Shown here piece by piece: positions 1 through 10,850 of a DNA stretch of 32,000 nt; within the stretch, counting starts at the first letter, position 1, and each line of letters starts with the position of its first letter. The DNA lies in assembly GCF_013365435.1 (NCBI RefSeq), contig NZ_CP046577.1:870001-902000 (forward strand). The letters run 5' to 3'. The DNA comes from Wolbachia endosymbiont of Litomosoides sigmodontis (GTDB lineage Bacteria; Pseudomonadota; Alphaproteobacteria; Rickettsiales; Anaplasmataceae). The notes under the pieces are model-generated. The model saw only the letters and a list, made by a program, of their open reading frames with translations. It did not search any database and had not been told where the DNA came from. A program made the translations under genes and the position numbers.

Positions 1-268
1 ACTTTTCTTCAACATTATAGAAAAATCAGATTTGGATCAGAATCAATTTGAATAAATTGAAGTGTAAATACAAGAGAACTCTAATATTACCGTTAAAGAA
101 ATGAGAATAAGAATTTAAGAAAAATTTAGCTTAAATGTCAGCAAGTTTACAGCACAGCGTAATATGCAAGAAATGAAGTTTTCGTATATTACGTTAAAAC
201 CAATCAACAATGAGCAAGATAAAGATAGATAAGAGAAAAGTCCTCTCAATTTAATTGAGACTATTAGT
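1..268 (+). mobile_element. Decayed IS630/Tc1-mariner-family element, internal fragment (copy A; continues off the left window edge)
   Basis: Collinear with the middle part of the fuller copies (e.g. 8060-8300). It carries the degraded transposase segment MQEMKFSYITLKPI. It is the near-exact reverse complement of 744-981. No intact ORF. Confidence 0.75.
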
Positions 269-1227
269 AACACTTATTCTCATTGTTAATAGGCCAAATA
301 AGTGACATTGCGGAGTGAGAAGAGAGGTAATAAATTTGCACGAAACGCTCTCAAGCAAAGCAATTATATTATTGCCTTTATTATGCAAAATGTTCTATTT
401 TATATAGAATCAAAGTCTCTCAACAGAACTGAGCTTTGGTGAGCATGGTTATAGGTATATAATTCAATATTTTTAGACACCTTTAAACTTTTCGACTTAT
501 CCCAATTAACACAATCCATAACAAGAAAAGCTTCCTGGTGCAAATAAGCTAGAACCTTTTCTATTTCTAGTATTAATTGCTCTTATAGAGATAAAAATTT
601 TGTCTACCTAATTCTACTTTACCTAGGTTTTAACACCCTTTTTAAACCATCCATACTCAACTTACGAATGTGTAACCGCAATTCATCAAAGATGAATAAT
701 TCTTGCCCAGAATACTTACCAATAATCTCATTAAATTTTTTAACTTTTCTTATCTACCTTTATCTTGCTCATTGTTGATTGGTTTTAACGTAATATACGA
801 AAACTTCATTTCTTGCATATTACGCTGTGCTGTAAACTTGCTGACATTTAAGCTAAATTTTTCTTAAATTCTTATTCTCATTTCTTTAACGGTAATATTA
901 GAGTTCTCTTGTATTTACACTTCAATTTATTCAAATTGATTCTGATCCAAATCTGATTTTTCTACAATGTTGAAGAAAAGTGAACAATTTTCTTCTCTTC
1001 TAAATTTTAAGTACTTTATCTATGTAGTTATGCTGACCTTGAAATGCAACACATTTTTGCTTACGCATTTGTTTTACATTTTCTTCAGCGTTTCTTTTGC
1101 TAATTCCATAACTTTTTCCACCTAAAAATTATTGATTCTAACGACATTCAAACTTTGCTATTTTACTTACTTCAGTAAGTCTTCTTTTCCATTATTGTCG
1201 TTTATTCTTTGTATAGTAGGAATCATT
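269..1227 (-). mobile_element. Decayed IS630-family element, near full length (copy B)
   Basis: Both termini are recognisable though mutated (core AATTCTCAYTGT). The interior is collinear with the other copies, and transposase remnants are spread over several frames with many stops. ORF-track fragments 1132..1344 and 1167..1358 lie inside it. Confidence 0.8.
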
Positions 1228-1851
1228 ATAACTACAAACTCAATATTTCTAAACACTTTAGGTTTATATCCAGCTAATCTAGCTTTCCTTCTTTTCTTGC
1301 CACTTTTTGCTACTATAGTAGCAAAAAAGCACATACCAACATAGAAAGTAATACGCACTATTATAACCTAAGGCTAACACCTTTCTACTATCTTTTAAGC
1401 CTTTTCCTATTTTCCTTGCTTTTGCTAATGGTATTGCCATAGATAACTGTAATATAACCAAGCTCACCAAGCAAAGAATCAATATAACATTGAATGGTAA
1501 ATAATTACAAAAATCTAAATTTCTATTGTGTATGTATATGTGTAGTAAATTGCTCATCACTTTTTTCATTACATAAATCACTCCCATATCCCGTCCACTG
1601 CTTGAATCCTAGCACACAAATCTTTTATATAACCCTTTTAAAATTTTCTTCATTTTAATATCTGTGACATTTTGTATATCACAAAATTATAAAAATCCCC
1701 TAACGTTACTATTATCACTCTACTTCTTAATAGAGCATAATGCATAACTTTAAAACATTCTTACTAGTGATATGATATTTCTCTAAATTAAGATTAAATT
1801 AATAAATATTCATCATAATAAAGTAATATTCCTTTATCAAGAGAGGACAAT

Positions 1852-3255
1852 TTAATGCCCTGTCAATATTCTTTTTACTAGCTCTTTTACTGTCGGTATG
1901 TAGCCATTTTTATAAAACGGATCTTGCTTAAACTTGTACACACTGTGCCCAGAAAACATAAGCTCATTTTCAATATTGCCGTCATGTATAATATTTTGCA
2001 ATGTCTTTTGTATACAAAAACTTCGCGGATCCGGCTTTCGCCCCGTCGAATGATTGCCATGATCTTTCCAATTACTAAATATACAATGACTCAAACATCC
2101 CATGCAATTAATTTGATCTTGTCTAACCTCTGCAAATTTATCTGGCGTTACAAAAATAACAGTTGTATCTGGAGTTCTCATTGCTTCTGTATACCCTGCT
2201 TCAGTCCATATATTTACCAATTCCTTGTCTTTTGAAGTAAGGTAAATCTTTCTACCTCTTGCACCAATTATAAATTCATTATCAAACTCCTCGCTGGCAT
2301 TTTCTGAAAATTTTACTTGACGTGAATTTCGTTCCTGTAACTCGCGTATGAAGTTATTTCTTACTGCAGATGAGTAAAACCCAGTTGGACTGAACTTATT
2401 CAAAAATACATCACCTTCTTCCAAAGTTAATAACCTCTTTTTCCAATCTGCAGAAATTGGGCTTTCTTTCGTTAAAAGCGGACGAGTACCAAACTGAAAA
2501 GCTATTGGCCCAATTTGCAGATTGTCAAACCAATGTTCCCAATCTTTTAAATGCCACACTCCCCCTGCCATAACAATTGGTGTTTCTGAAAGACCGATTT
2601 CGTTCATAAAAGACCTAAGTTCTACAACTCTTTCAAATGGAGCTTGGGGTAACTCCGGATCCTCAGTATTACTTAATCCGTTATGCCCTCCAGCAAGCCA
2701 CGGATCCTCGTATACTACTCCACCAAGTAAAAAAGAAGATATTTTTTGGTAAGCGCGTTTCCACAATGCTCTAAAAGCACGTACTGATGAAATAATAGGA
2801 TAATAATAAACCTGATATTTGGCTGCAATTTCTCCAAGCCTGTAAGGCATACCGGCACCGCAGGTAATACCATGAACCAAGCCCTTTGCTTTTTCTAATA
2901 TACCATGAAGTACACGTTCTGCCGCACCCATTTCCCAAAGCACATTCATATGCACTCTTCCACGACCTCTTGATATTTCATTTGCTATTCTTGCCTGACT
3001 AATTCCAGCCCAGATACTATATTCAATCAACTCTTCATGTTTTTCATTTCTTGTTTTACCTTTGTAAATCAACGGTACTAACTCACCGTTATCATCAATA
3101 AGCTTAGCATTTGCGCCAGAAAACGTTCCAACAGCACCTGCTGCTGCAAATGCTCCACTTGATCTTCCATTACTAATTGCAATACCCTTACCACCCTCAA
3201 TAATTGGCCACACTTCCTTTCCTGAAATTATCATTTTTTTTATCTTGTTTTTCAA
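1852..3255 (-). CDS. Nitronate monooxygenase / 2-nitropropane dioxygenase-family flavoprotein, long form (467 aa)
   Basis: Uninterrupted 467-aa ORF with NMO-type TIM-barrel signatures (IEGGKGIAIS, CGAGMP, LAGGHNG, VMAGGVW). The codon at 3253-3255 is TTG. The first ATG is at 3234 (MIISGKEVWP...), so the true start may be 3234. Confidence 0.8.
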   Translation of the reverse strand: MKNKIKKMIISGKEVWPIIEGGKGIAISNGRSSGAFAAAGAVGTFSGANAKLIDDNGELVPLIYKGKTRNEKHEELIEYSIWAGISQARIANEISRGRGRVHMNVLWEMGAAERVLHGILEKAKGLVHGITCGAGMPYRLGEIAAKYQVYYYPIISSVRAFRALWKRAYQKISSFLLGGVVYEDPWLAGGHNGLSNTEDPELPQAPFERVVELRSFMNEIGLSETPIVMAGGVWHLKDWEHWFDNLQIGPIAFQFGTRPLLTKESPISADWKKRLLTLEEGDVFLNKFSPTGFYSSAVRNNFIRELQERNSRQVKFSENASEEFDNEFIIGARGRKIYLTSKDKELVNIWTEAGYTEAMRTPDTTVIFVTPDKFAEVRQDQINCMGCLSHCIFSNWKDHGNHSTGRKPDPRSFCIQKTLQNIIHDGNIENELMFSGHSVYKFKQDPFYKNGYIPTVKELVKRILTGH

Positions 3256-3361
3256 AGCTTCCTCATAATTTTTTGTTCTATTTTACTTGGTTACTAAAAA
3301 AATAATAGCTGTTTATTTTCCTTTGACACTATCAGAAGTACGTAGCAAATTTAGGCTTTAG

Positions 3362-3413
3362 CCTAATTCTTACTGCAAAAAGAACAGACGGATAATAATG
3401 GGAAAGAAGCCAT
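3362..3413 (+). mobile_element. IS630-family 5'-end fragment (copy C, ~52 bp)
   Basis: ctaattcttactgcaaaaagaacagacggataataatgggaaagaagccatg matches the left-end consensus (tcaattctcactgtacaagaaacggataaacaataatggaaaagaagccata). It abuts the right end of the inverted copy D. Confidence 0.55.
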
Positions 3414-4282
3414 GTTAATACTAATTCTCACTGTTAGTAGATTTAAATAAGTGACATTACAGAATTGTTTAATTGTAGAGTAAGAAAAAGAGGCAATAAA
3501 TTTGTACAAAGCACTTTAAGTCAATCCATATGACAAGAAAAACTTCTCATGTTCCTAAATATTGCAATATTTGTTAAGAAATATATTCATACAATCAGTG
3601 TTGATACATCCAATACAAATAAGCTAAAATTTTCTTCATTTTCAGGACTAACTGCACTATAGAGACAAAAGTTTTATCTACCTATATTTTACTTTAACCT
3701 GCGTTCTAACGCCATTTTTAAACTACTCGTATTCAATTTTCAAATGCGTGTAAACCGCAATTCTTCAAAGAAAAACTTCTTGTTCAGAGTACTTATTAAT
3801 AATCTCATTAAGTTCTTTTAAAACGCTTTCTATTTACCTTTGTCTTATTCACCGTAAATTGGTCTTAGCATGATATGTAAAAACTTCATTTTTATATATT
3901 TTAGAGTTCTCTTATATTCATACTTCAGCTTATCTAAATTGACTTTAATTCAACCTAGTTTTTCCACAACTTTGATAGAAAGTAAACAATTTTACTTTTC
4001 TTCCAAATTTTAGGTGCTTTATTCATACAGCTAGTACTGTTCTTAAAATGCAACATATTCTTACTACAGCTGTTATACAGTACTTTTTTGCTATAATTAC
4101 AGCATTAGTTTTTTTACAACATATGCATTATTTTACACTCTCTTCACGTTTTTTTTGCTGATTACATGACTTTTTTATCTAAAAATTTTAATTTCAAATG
4201 CCATTAAATCTTGCTATTCTACTTACTTCAGTATGGCTTCTTTTCTATTATTGTCTATCCATTTCTTGTACAGTGAGAATTG
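3414..4282 (-). mobile_element. Decayed IS630-family element with internal deletions (copy D, ~870 bp)
   Basis: It starts with ttaatactaattctcactgttagtag (reverse complement of the right terminus) and ends with cttgtacagtgagaattgg (reverse complement of the left terminus). The interior is collinear with other copies. No long ORF. Confidence 0.8.
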
Positions 4283-4312
4283 GCGCTAGATACCCTAATT
4301 ACTATAACAACT

Positions 4313-7138
4313 TTATACCTTGACTAACTTTAACAGATATGGCTTAAGATACTTACCAGTAATACTTTCTGGTATATCTATTATTTCTTCTGGAGTTCCT
4401 GTGGCAATCACTTCACCGCCTTTTACCCCACCCTCTGGACCAATGTCTATTATATAATCTGCAGTTTTTATAACATGTAAGTTGTGCTCAATGACTATAA
4501 CAGTATTTCCTAGATCGACTAACTTATGAAGTATCTTCAGTAAATTATTTACATCTTCAAAATGCAATCCTGTCGTTGGTTCATCAAGAATGTATAATGT
4601 TTTCCCAGTAGACCTTTTTGATAGCTCTCTGGAGAGTTTTATCCGTTGTGCTTCACCTCCAGACAATGTTGTTGACGGCTGTCCAAGTTTTATATAACCA
4701 AGTCCTACTTCCCGCAAAGAAATCAGCTTTTCTTTTACCATTGAAAGGTTTTTAAAAAAATCACACGCTTGATCTATTGTCATATCAAGTATGTCAGAAA
4801 CTGATTTTCCTTCGTAAGTAACTTCTAGCGTTTCTCGATTATATCGCCGACCTTTACACTGCTCACATTTGACATAAACGTCAGGTAAAAAATGCATTTC
4901 TATTCTTAAATGTCCATCACCTTTACACGCTTCACACCTCCCTCCCTTAGTATTAAACGAAAATCTGCCTATGTTATAGCCTCGTGCTTTTGATTCTGGA
5001 AGACCTGCAAACCAATTTCTTACATGAGTGAAAATGCCGACATATGTTGCTGGATTCGATGCTGGAGTTCTACCAATTGGCGATTGGTCTATTTCTATAA
5101 TTTTATCTATATATTCAAAACCTTCAATCTTATCACATTGACCATACTTCGCAGATGAACCATACATTTTACGTGCCAAATATTTATATAAAGTTTCTAT
5201 AACTAAACTTGATTTTCCCCCCCCTGATACCCCAGTTACGCAAACAAGATTCCCTATAGGAAACTCAACATCTATATTTTTTAAGTTATTCTCACGCGCA
5301 TTTATCACTTTTATGTACTGAGTTGCTCGCTTTCTTCTTTTTGAAATTGAGATTGTTTTCTTTCCACTTAAATATTGCCCTGTTATGCTTATTGAGCTCT
5401 TTTGCACTTGATCTGGTGTTCCTTCTGCAACAATTTTCCCTCCATTTACACCAGCTCCAGGACCAATATCAATTGCATAATCAGCAGCCATTATTGTATC
5501 TTCATCATGCTCAACAACAATCACGGTGTTTCCCATATCTCTCAACTTTTTAAGTGTGGCAATTAATCGGTCATTATCGCATTGATGAAGGCCTATTGAT
5601 GGTTCATCAAGCACATATAGAACACCTGTTAACCCTGAACCGATTTGTGAAGCAAGCCTGATTCTTTGACTCTCACCACCAGAGAGAGTGCTTGATTCAC
5701 GATCAAGTGTAAGATAACTCAACCCTACATTCTTTAAAAAAGTTAGCCTCTTAATTATTTCATTTAATATCTTATTTGAGATTTGCTTCTGTTGTTCTGT
5801 AAGCTTGCTCGGTAGATTCTTAAACCATTTAAGAAATTCATCTATACTGAGCCTAGATATCTCACCTATATGTCTACCATCAATCTTCACTGTTAGTGCT
5901 TCCTTTCTTATTCTAAAACCAACGCACTCCTTACAGTTAGTGACAGAGCAATATCGTTCAATAAGCGTTTCGTCATAATCTATCTGATTTTTTAAGATAT
6001 CTACTAAACCTTGAAATTTCATTTCTTTAGAACCAAAAAATATTACATCTTTTACATTTTGATCTATATTCTTCCACGGAGCGTCAAGGCTAAATTTACG
6101 ATCTTCAGCCAGTGATAAGATCACATTTTTCAAAAATCCATAGCTTGCATGTACTTGACGAGATATTGATCCCACTGGCCTTAAAGCACCTTCAGATATT
6201 GAAAGCGTTTCATCTGGTACTATCAGCTTTATGTCAATATCCAGCTTTTTACCAAGCCCATTACATGAATAACATGCACCGTAAGGACTATTAAAAGAGA
6301 ATAATCTTGGTTCCACTTCCTCAAGAGCGAAACCAGATTCAGGACATGCAAAATTTTCTGAGAAAATTAAAATTTGACCATTTTTATACTTGGAATTATG
6401 ATTATCAGGCAAGCTTATTATTTTTGCGTACATTAAGCCGTGGCCAAGCCTCAATGCTGATTCTATACTACTGGGTAATCGATTTCCTATATCGTCTGAT
6501 ACCAATATCCTATCTGTAACAACGAAAATGTCATGTTTCTTATTTTCATCGATCTTAGGTAAAGCATCTATGTTATGTATCTCACCGTCTATTTCTAACC
6601 TCACATAGCCTTGCTTTTTTATTTCTAATATCTCTTTGAGATATTCTCCCTTTCTACCACGTACAATGGGAGCAAGTATATGTATTTTAGTTTCTAAAGG
6701 TAGCGCCATTATAATATCTGCAATTTGAGATACAGTTTGCTTTGTTATTGGCAATCCTGTTGCAGGCGAATAAGGTACTCCTATTCGCGCATACATTAAG
6801 CGCAAGTAATCGTAAATTTCAGTAACAGTTCCAACCGTTGATCTTGGATTTTTTGAAATTGACTTCTGATTAATGGATATTGCAGGAGAGAGGCCCGTAA
6901 TCGATTCAACATCTGGTTTATCTTGAATGTTAAGAAATTGACGCGCGTAAGCTGACAGGCTTTCAATATATCTACGTTGGCCTTCTGCATAAATTGTATC
7001 AAACGCAAGGCTAGATTTGCCAGAGCCACTTAGCCCAGTTATAACAACTAACTTATTTTTTGGTATATTGACATCTACACCTTGCAGATTATGCTCTCTT
7101 GCACCCTTAACTTTTATAAAATCGTCCATATATCGCAT
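4313..7138 (-). CDS. uvrA: Excinuclease ABC subunit A (UvrA)
   Basis: 941-aa ORF with an ATG start. It has two ABC ATPase modules (Walker A GLSGSGKSS and GVSGGGKSS; signatures LSGGESQR and LSGGEAQR) and CxxC zinc-finger pairs. The N-terminus IKVKGAREHNL is typical of UvrA. Confidence 0.97.
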   Translation of the reverse strand: MRYMDDFIKVKGAREHNLQGVDVNIPKNKLVVITGLSGSGKSSLAFDTIYAEGQRRYIESLSAYARQFLNIQDKPDVESITGLSPAISINQKSISKNPRSTVGTVTEIYDYLRLMYARIGVPYSPATGLPITKQTVSQIADIIMALPLETKIHILAPIVRGRKGEYLKEILEIKKQGYVRLEIDGEIHNIDALPKIDENKKHDIFVVTDRILVSDDIGNRLPSSIESALRLGHGLMYAKIISLPDNHNSKYKNGQILIFSENFACPESGFALEEVEPRLFSFNSPYGACYSCNGLGKKLDIDIKLIVPDETLSISEGALRPVGSISRQVHASYGFLKNVILSLAEDRKFSLDAPWKNIDQNVKDVIFFGSKEMKFQGLVDILKNQIDYDETLIERYCSVTNCKECVGFRIRKEALTVKIDGRHIGEISRLSIDEFLKWFKNLPSKLTEQQKQISNKILNEIIKRLTFLKNVGLSYLTLDRESSTLSGGESQRIRLASQIGSGLTGVLYVLDEPSIGLHQCDNDRLIATLKKLRDMGNTVIVVEHDEDTIMAADYAIDIGPGAGVNGGKIVAEGTPDQVQKSSISITGQYLSGKKTISISKRRKRATQYIKVINARENNLKNIDVEFPIGNLVCVTGVSGGGKSSLVIETLYKYLARKMYGSSAKYGQCDKIEGFEYIDKIIEIDQSPIGRTPASNPATYVGIFTHVRNWFAGLPESKARGYNIGRFSFNTKGGRCEACKGDGHLRIEMHFLPDVYVKCEQCKGRRYNRETLEVTYEGKSVSDILDMTIDQACDFFKNLSMVKEKLISLREVGLGYIKLGQPSTTLSGGEAQRIKLSRELSKRSTGKTLYILDEPTTGLHFEDVNNLLKILHKLVDLGNTVIVIEHNLHVIKTADYIIDIGPEGGVKGGEVIATGTPEEIIDIPESITGKYLKPYLLKLVKV

Positions 7139-7234
7139 ACCTTCAATTATTATAGTTTATAAATACATAAACTTGCAGTAACTTTCCACTAATTTTTAAC
7201 TATTATGGAAAATAAAATGAATACAAGCTTACTT

Positions 7235-7776
7235 AAGAAGGACATCATTTGCACAGCTTATGGGAAATACAAAAATCTCTTGACAAACTTCACCATCTTC
7301 TTCCTTACCTAGCATTAAAACTAGTTATTTACCTTTTCTGTACATATTAAATGACAAAAAAGCTTAACATGTCTGGTGCCTCATGTTTGATTTTTTGTAC
7401 TATGTGCACCTTAATGTTTTTTGCATCGTTATCTGTATACCAACCAGTGCTGTGAATTAGCTTGCTAATCGCTTAAAAATATTTTAAAATGTAACTGGTA
7501 AAATGATAGTGAATAATTAGCTGTCATGTATTTTCTTTTGTCTTTTTTACTGTTAGTAATTTTCTTGATACTATGATTGGAATAATTGTAGATTAAAAGC
7601 AACTAAATTGTAGTTGTTAAGCGTTAGAATAAAAAGACGCCGTGTTTAGAAAGTTAAATATAAATAACTAGTTACCTAACTGTAGTTCTTTTGCCTTTTT
7701 CTATTTAGTCAATTTCTTAAACATTAAAGCAAAAGTTAGTTGCAGTTTAAAAGCAGCTAAATTACAGCGTTTAAGA
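7235..7776 (+). repeat. Non-coding ~0.5-kb repeat, copy R1 (second copy at 24165-24619)
   Basis: Blocks align by eye with R2: aaaaatctcttgacaaacttcacc / aaaaatacttgacaagcctcgc; gtactatgtgcaccttaatgtttttt / cgcactatgtacattttaatgtcttt; cttttgcctttttctatttagtcaatttcttaa / cttttgccttttttttgcttagtaaattccttaa; gttagttgcagtttaaaagcagctaa / gttagttacatttaaaatgcagctaa. No ORF. It ends flush with the left end of IS copy E. Confidence 0.45.
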
Positions 7777-8845
7777 CTTATATCAATTCTCACTATACAA
7801 GAAACGCATAGACAATACTGAAGTAAGTAAGATAGCAATATTTAAATGGCATCAAAACCAAAATTATGAAATGAAAAAATCGTGAAATCAGCAAAAGAAA
7901 TGCTGAAGAAAGTGCAAAATAATGCACATGTTGTAAAAAAATAAATACTGTAATTGTAGCAAAAAACACTGTATAACAGCTGTATCAAGAATATCTTGTA
8001 TTTCAAGAACAGCATTAACCGTATGAATAAAGCACTTAAAATTTGGAAGAAAAGAAAAATTGTTTACTCCATCTCAAAGTGGTAGAAAAATTAGATTGAA
8101 TTAAAACAATTTAAACAGGTTGAAGTATATATAAAAATCCAATATTACCATTAAAGGAATGATAATAGTAATCTAGGAGAAATTTCGCTTGAACATCAGA
8201 AGTCTACAGTAATATACAAAAAATGAAGTTTTCATATATTACGTCAAGACCAATTTACAATGAACAAGATAAAGTAGATAAGAAGACTTTAAAAAACTTA
8301 ATGAGACTATTGATAAGTATTCTGAACAAGAGTTGCTCATCTTTGATGAATCGCGGTTAACACACATTTGAAAATTTAATACTGGTAGTCTAAAAAGGGT
8401 ATTAGAACGCAGATCAAAGTAGAATCAGATAAATAAAATTTTCATCTCTACAGTACAATTAATCCTAGAAATAGAAAGAGTTCTAGCTCATTTGAGCTTA
8501 AATATTAAGTACTGATTGCATCAATATATTTTTTGAACAAATGTTGCAATATTTAAAAATAAGAGAAGTCTTTCTTATCCTGAATTGTTCTAGTGAAATA
8601 AGTCAAAAATTTAAAGGTACCAAAAATATTGAGATCATATATCTACCACCATACTCACCTGAGCTCAATTCTATTGAGGGACTCTAGTTGTATATAAAAT
8701 AGAGTATTTTGCATAATAAAATTTGTAATACAGTTGATCTGCTCGAGAGTGCTTTGTGCAAGTTTATTACCTTCTCTTTCTCACTTTACAATTAAATAAC
8801 TCTGCAATGTAGTTTATGATCCATTAACAATAAGAATTAGTCTAA
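7777..8845 (+). mobile_element. Decayed IS630-family element, full-length reference copy (copy E, ~1.07 kb)
   Basis: Left end cttatatcaattctcactatacaag, right end aacaataagaattagtctaa (imperfect terminal inverted repeats). Frame-hopping translation recovers IS630/Tc1 hallmarks: KKMKFSYITSRP, LIFDESR, and IYLPPYSPELNSIE at about 8641-8690. Many stops; no ORF over 100 aa. Confidence 0.85.
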
Positions 8846-8916
8846 CTTTGCTATTTTTTCCACTCTAGACTTTTGAATAGTTCTAATTTATTATATTATC
8901 TCACTTCCGCTCTATC

Positions 8917-10194
8917 TTATTTTACCATTTTGCTGAACGTACACCTCTCTTCAATAACGTGGCGAAAATGTCTGATTAATCCTTGAATTGGCCAAGCTGC
9001 AGCATCACCAAGTGCACAAATCGTATGACCTTCTATTTGAGTTGTAAGGTCAAGTAATTTATCTATTTCACTAGGCTTAATATTTCCTGTTACCATCCTT
9101 TTCATAATCCTCCACATCCATCCAGTACCCTCGCGGCATGGTGTGCACTGTCCACATGATTCGTGCATATAGAAGTGCGACAACCTTTCTATTGCAGCTA
9201 TTATATCAGTTGATTTATCCATCACTATTACTGCAGCAGTACCAAGCCCTGACTGTGCCGCCCTTAATGAATCAAAATCCATTTCAATAATATCACATAT
9301 AGATTTTGGAATTAATGGTACTGAAGACCCACCAGGTATTACAGCAAGCAAATTATCCCAACCCCCTCGTACTCCACCCGCACACTTTTCAATCAATTCA
9401 CGCAGAGGAATTCCAAGTTCTTCTTCAACATTACACGGATTATTTACATGCCCTGAAATACAAAAGATCTTAGTACCAGTATTATTTGGTTTGCCAAGAG
9501 ATGCAAACCACTCCCCCCCACGACGCAGAATGTCTGGAACCATAGCTATAGTCTCAACATTGTTTATCATGGTTGGGCAGCCAAAAAGTCCAATATTCGC
9601 AGGAAATGGAGGTTTCATGCGGGGAAAGCCCTTTTTCCCCTCAATTGATTCAAGCTGAGCTGTTTCTTCTCCACATATATAAGCCCCTGCACCTCTATGG
9701 ATAAACACGTCAAGATCATAACCTGATTTGCATGCATTCTTTCCAATTAGACCTTCTTTATATGCTTCTTCAAGTGCTTGTTTTAAAACTAAATATTCAT
9801 TATAAAATTCACCCCTAATATAAATATACGCAACAGACGTACTAATTGCCCTACCAGCCAGAAGAATCCCTTCAAGCAATTTGTGCGGCTCATACCGCAA
9901 TATATCTCTATCCTTACATGTACCAGGTTCCGATTCATCCGCATTGATTACTAAGTATGTCGGTTGCTCTTTTGAAGGATTCTTAGGCATAAAGCTCCAC
10001 TTAAGCCCAGTAGAGAATCCCGCCCCACCTCGACCTCTTAAGCCAGATTTTTTTATTTCATCAATGATTTTTTCTGATCCTAAATCCAATATTTTTTTTG
10101 TTTTTTGCCAAGTACCACGTTTTTTTGCACCATTGAGTAGTGGAGTTTCTTTACCATTCAAATTAGTGAATACTTTGTCCTGTTCTTTCATCAT
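8917..10194 (-). CDS. nuoF: NADH-quinone oxidoreductase subunit F (NuoF)
   Basis: 425-aa ORF with an ATG start. It has the GRGGAGF nucleotide/FMN-binding motif and the 4Fe-4S motif [12 protein letters not shown]. No other nuo gene flanks it, as is usual for the scattered nuo genes of Rickettsiales. Confidence 0.96.
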   Translation of the reverse strand: MMKEQDKVFTNLNGKETPLLNGAKKRGTWQKTKKILDLGSEKIIDEIKKSGLRGRGGAGFSTGLKWSFMPKNPSKEQPTYLVINADESEPGTCKDRDILRYEPHKLLEGILLAGRAISTSVAYIYIRGEFYNEYLVLKQALEEAYKEGLIGKNACKSGYDLDVFIHRGAGAYICGEETAQLESIEGKKGFPRMKPPFPANIGLFGCPTMINNVETIAMVPDILRRGGEWFASLGKPNNTGTKIFCISGHVNNPCNVEEELGIPLRELIEKCAGGVRGGWDNLLAVIPGGSSVPLIPKSICDIIEMDFDSLRAAQSGLGTAAVIVMDKSTDIIAAIERLSHFYMHESCGQCTPCREGTGWMWRIMKRMVTGNIKPSEIDKLLDLTTQIEGHTICALGDAAAWPIQGLIRHFRHVIEERCTFSKMVK

Positions 10195-10211
10195 GCTTTC
10201 CGAGACTTTAG

Positions 10212-10284
10212 TGATCCCGGCGCGAATCGAACGCGCGACCCACTGATTAAAAGTCAGTTGCTCTACCGACTGAGCTACGGGATC
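10212..10284 (-). tRNA. tRNA-Lys (anticodon UUU)
   Basis: The minus-strand sequence GATCCCGTAGCTCAGTCGGTAGAGCAACTGACTTTTAATCAGTGGGTCGCGCGTTCGATTCGCGCCGGGATCA folds into a complete cloverleaf: 7-bp acceptor GATCCCG/CGGGATC, D stem GCTC/GAGC, anticodon stem ACTGA/TCAGT with loop CTTTTAA, and T stem GCGCG/CGCGC with loop TTCGATT. CCA is not encoded. Confidence 0.93.
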
Positions 10285-10404
10285 GTTTTTCGGCCATATT
10301 CTATATTAAACAGTAATACAACCTTTATCCGTTTTAATCAAACTAAAATTTTCATATGTGGTTAAATAAATTATACAATAGACTTTTTGCACATTAAATC
10401 AGTT

Positions 10405-10850
10405 TTAATACTAATTCTAGTAACAATAAGTCAAATAAGTTAAATCGTAGAGTTATTTAATTGTGAAGCAAAAAAAAGGAAATAAATTTGTACAAAGCAC
10501 TCTCAAACTAAGCAATTATATTACAGACTTTATTACGCAAAATATTCCGTTTTATATACAACCAAAATCCCTCAATATGATTGAGTTCAGGTAAGTACAG
10601 TGATAAATATATAACCTCGATATTTTTAGGCACCTTTAAATTTTGACTTATACCAACTAGTACAATCTATAACAAAAAATACTTCTCCCATTCTAAAACA
10701 TTGCAACATTTATTCAAAAAATATACTCATACAATCAGTACTTACATTTAAGCGTAAACAAGCTAGAACTCTTTCTATTTCTAGGATTAACTGACTGTAG
10801 AAATAAAAATTTTGTCTACCCAATTTTACTTTAACCTGTGTTTTAATACC
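10405..10850 (-). mobile_element. IS630-family 3' half, inverted (copy F, ~445 bp)
   Basis: It begins with ttaatactaattctagtaacaataag (reverse complement of the right terminus). It is collinear at about 80-85% identity with the reverse complement of 11490-11941. It ends at an internal breakpoint directly against the left end of copy G. Confidence 0.75.

Noticed and set aside
1279-1587. 102-aa minus-strand ORF (MGVIYVMKKVMSNLL...) between IS copy B and the NMO gene
   Set aside because: It has a hydrophobic stretch but no recognisable family, no convincing start context and AT-rich composition. It could be a gene relic, but I cannot support calling it a CDS.
1924-2752. ORF-track entries 1924..2235 (+) and 2522..2752 (+)
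   Set aside because: They are antisense shadows inside the well-supported 467-aa NMO-family gene, with low-complexity translations and no recognisable motifs.
3339-3362. Palindrome aatttaggctttagcctaatt as a terminator or regulatory hairpin upstream of the NMO gene
   Set aside because: The stem is short (6 bp) with no flanking T-run in the relevant orientation, and its right arm is part of the IS fragment C terminus. Most likely incidental.
5323-7029. ORFs 5323..5553, 6112..6294, 6307..6519 (+) and 6796..7029 (-) within uvrA
   Set aside because: They lie opposite to, or in an alternative frame of, an unambiguous uvrA reading frame. This is typical spurious-ORF composition.
9881-10246. 121-aa plus-strand ORF overlapping the nuoF 5' end and the tRNA-Lys
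   Set aside because: It is antisense to nuoF and runs through the tRNA gene. Its sequence is unremarkable. Rejected as an ORF-finder artefact.
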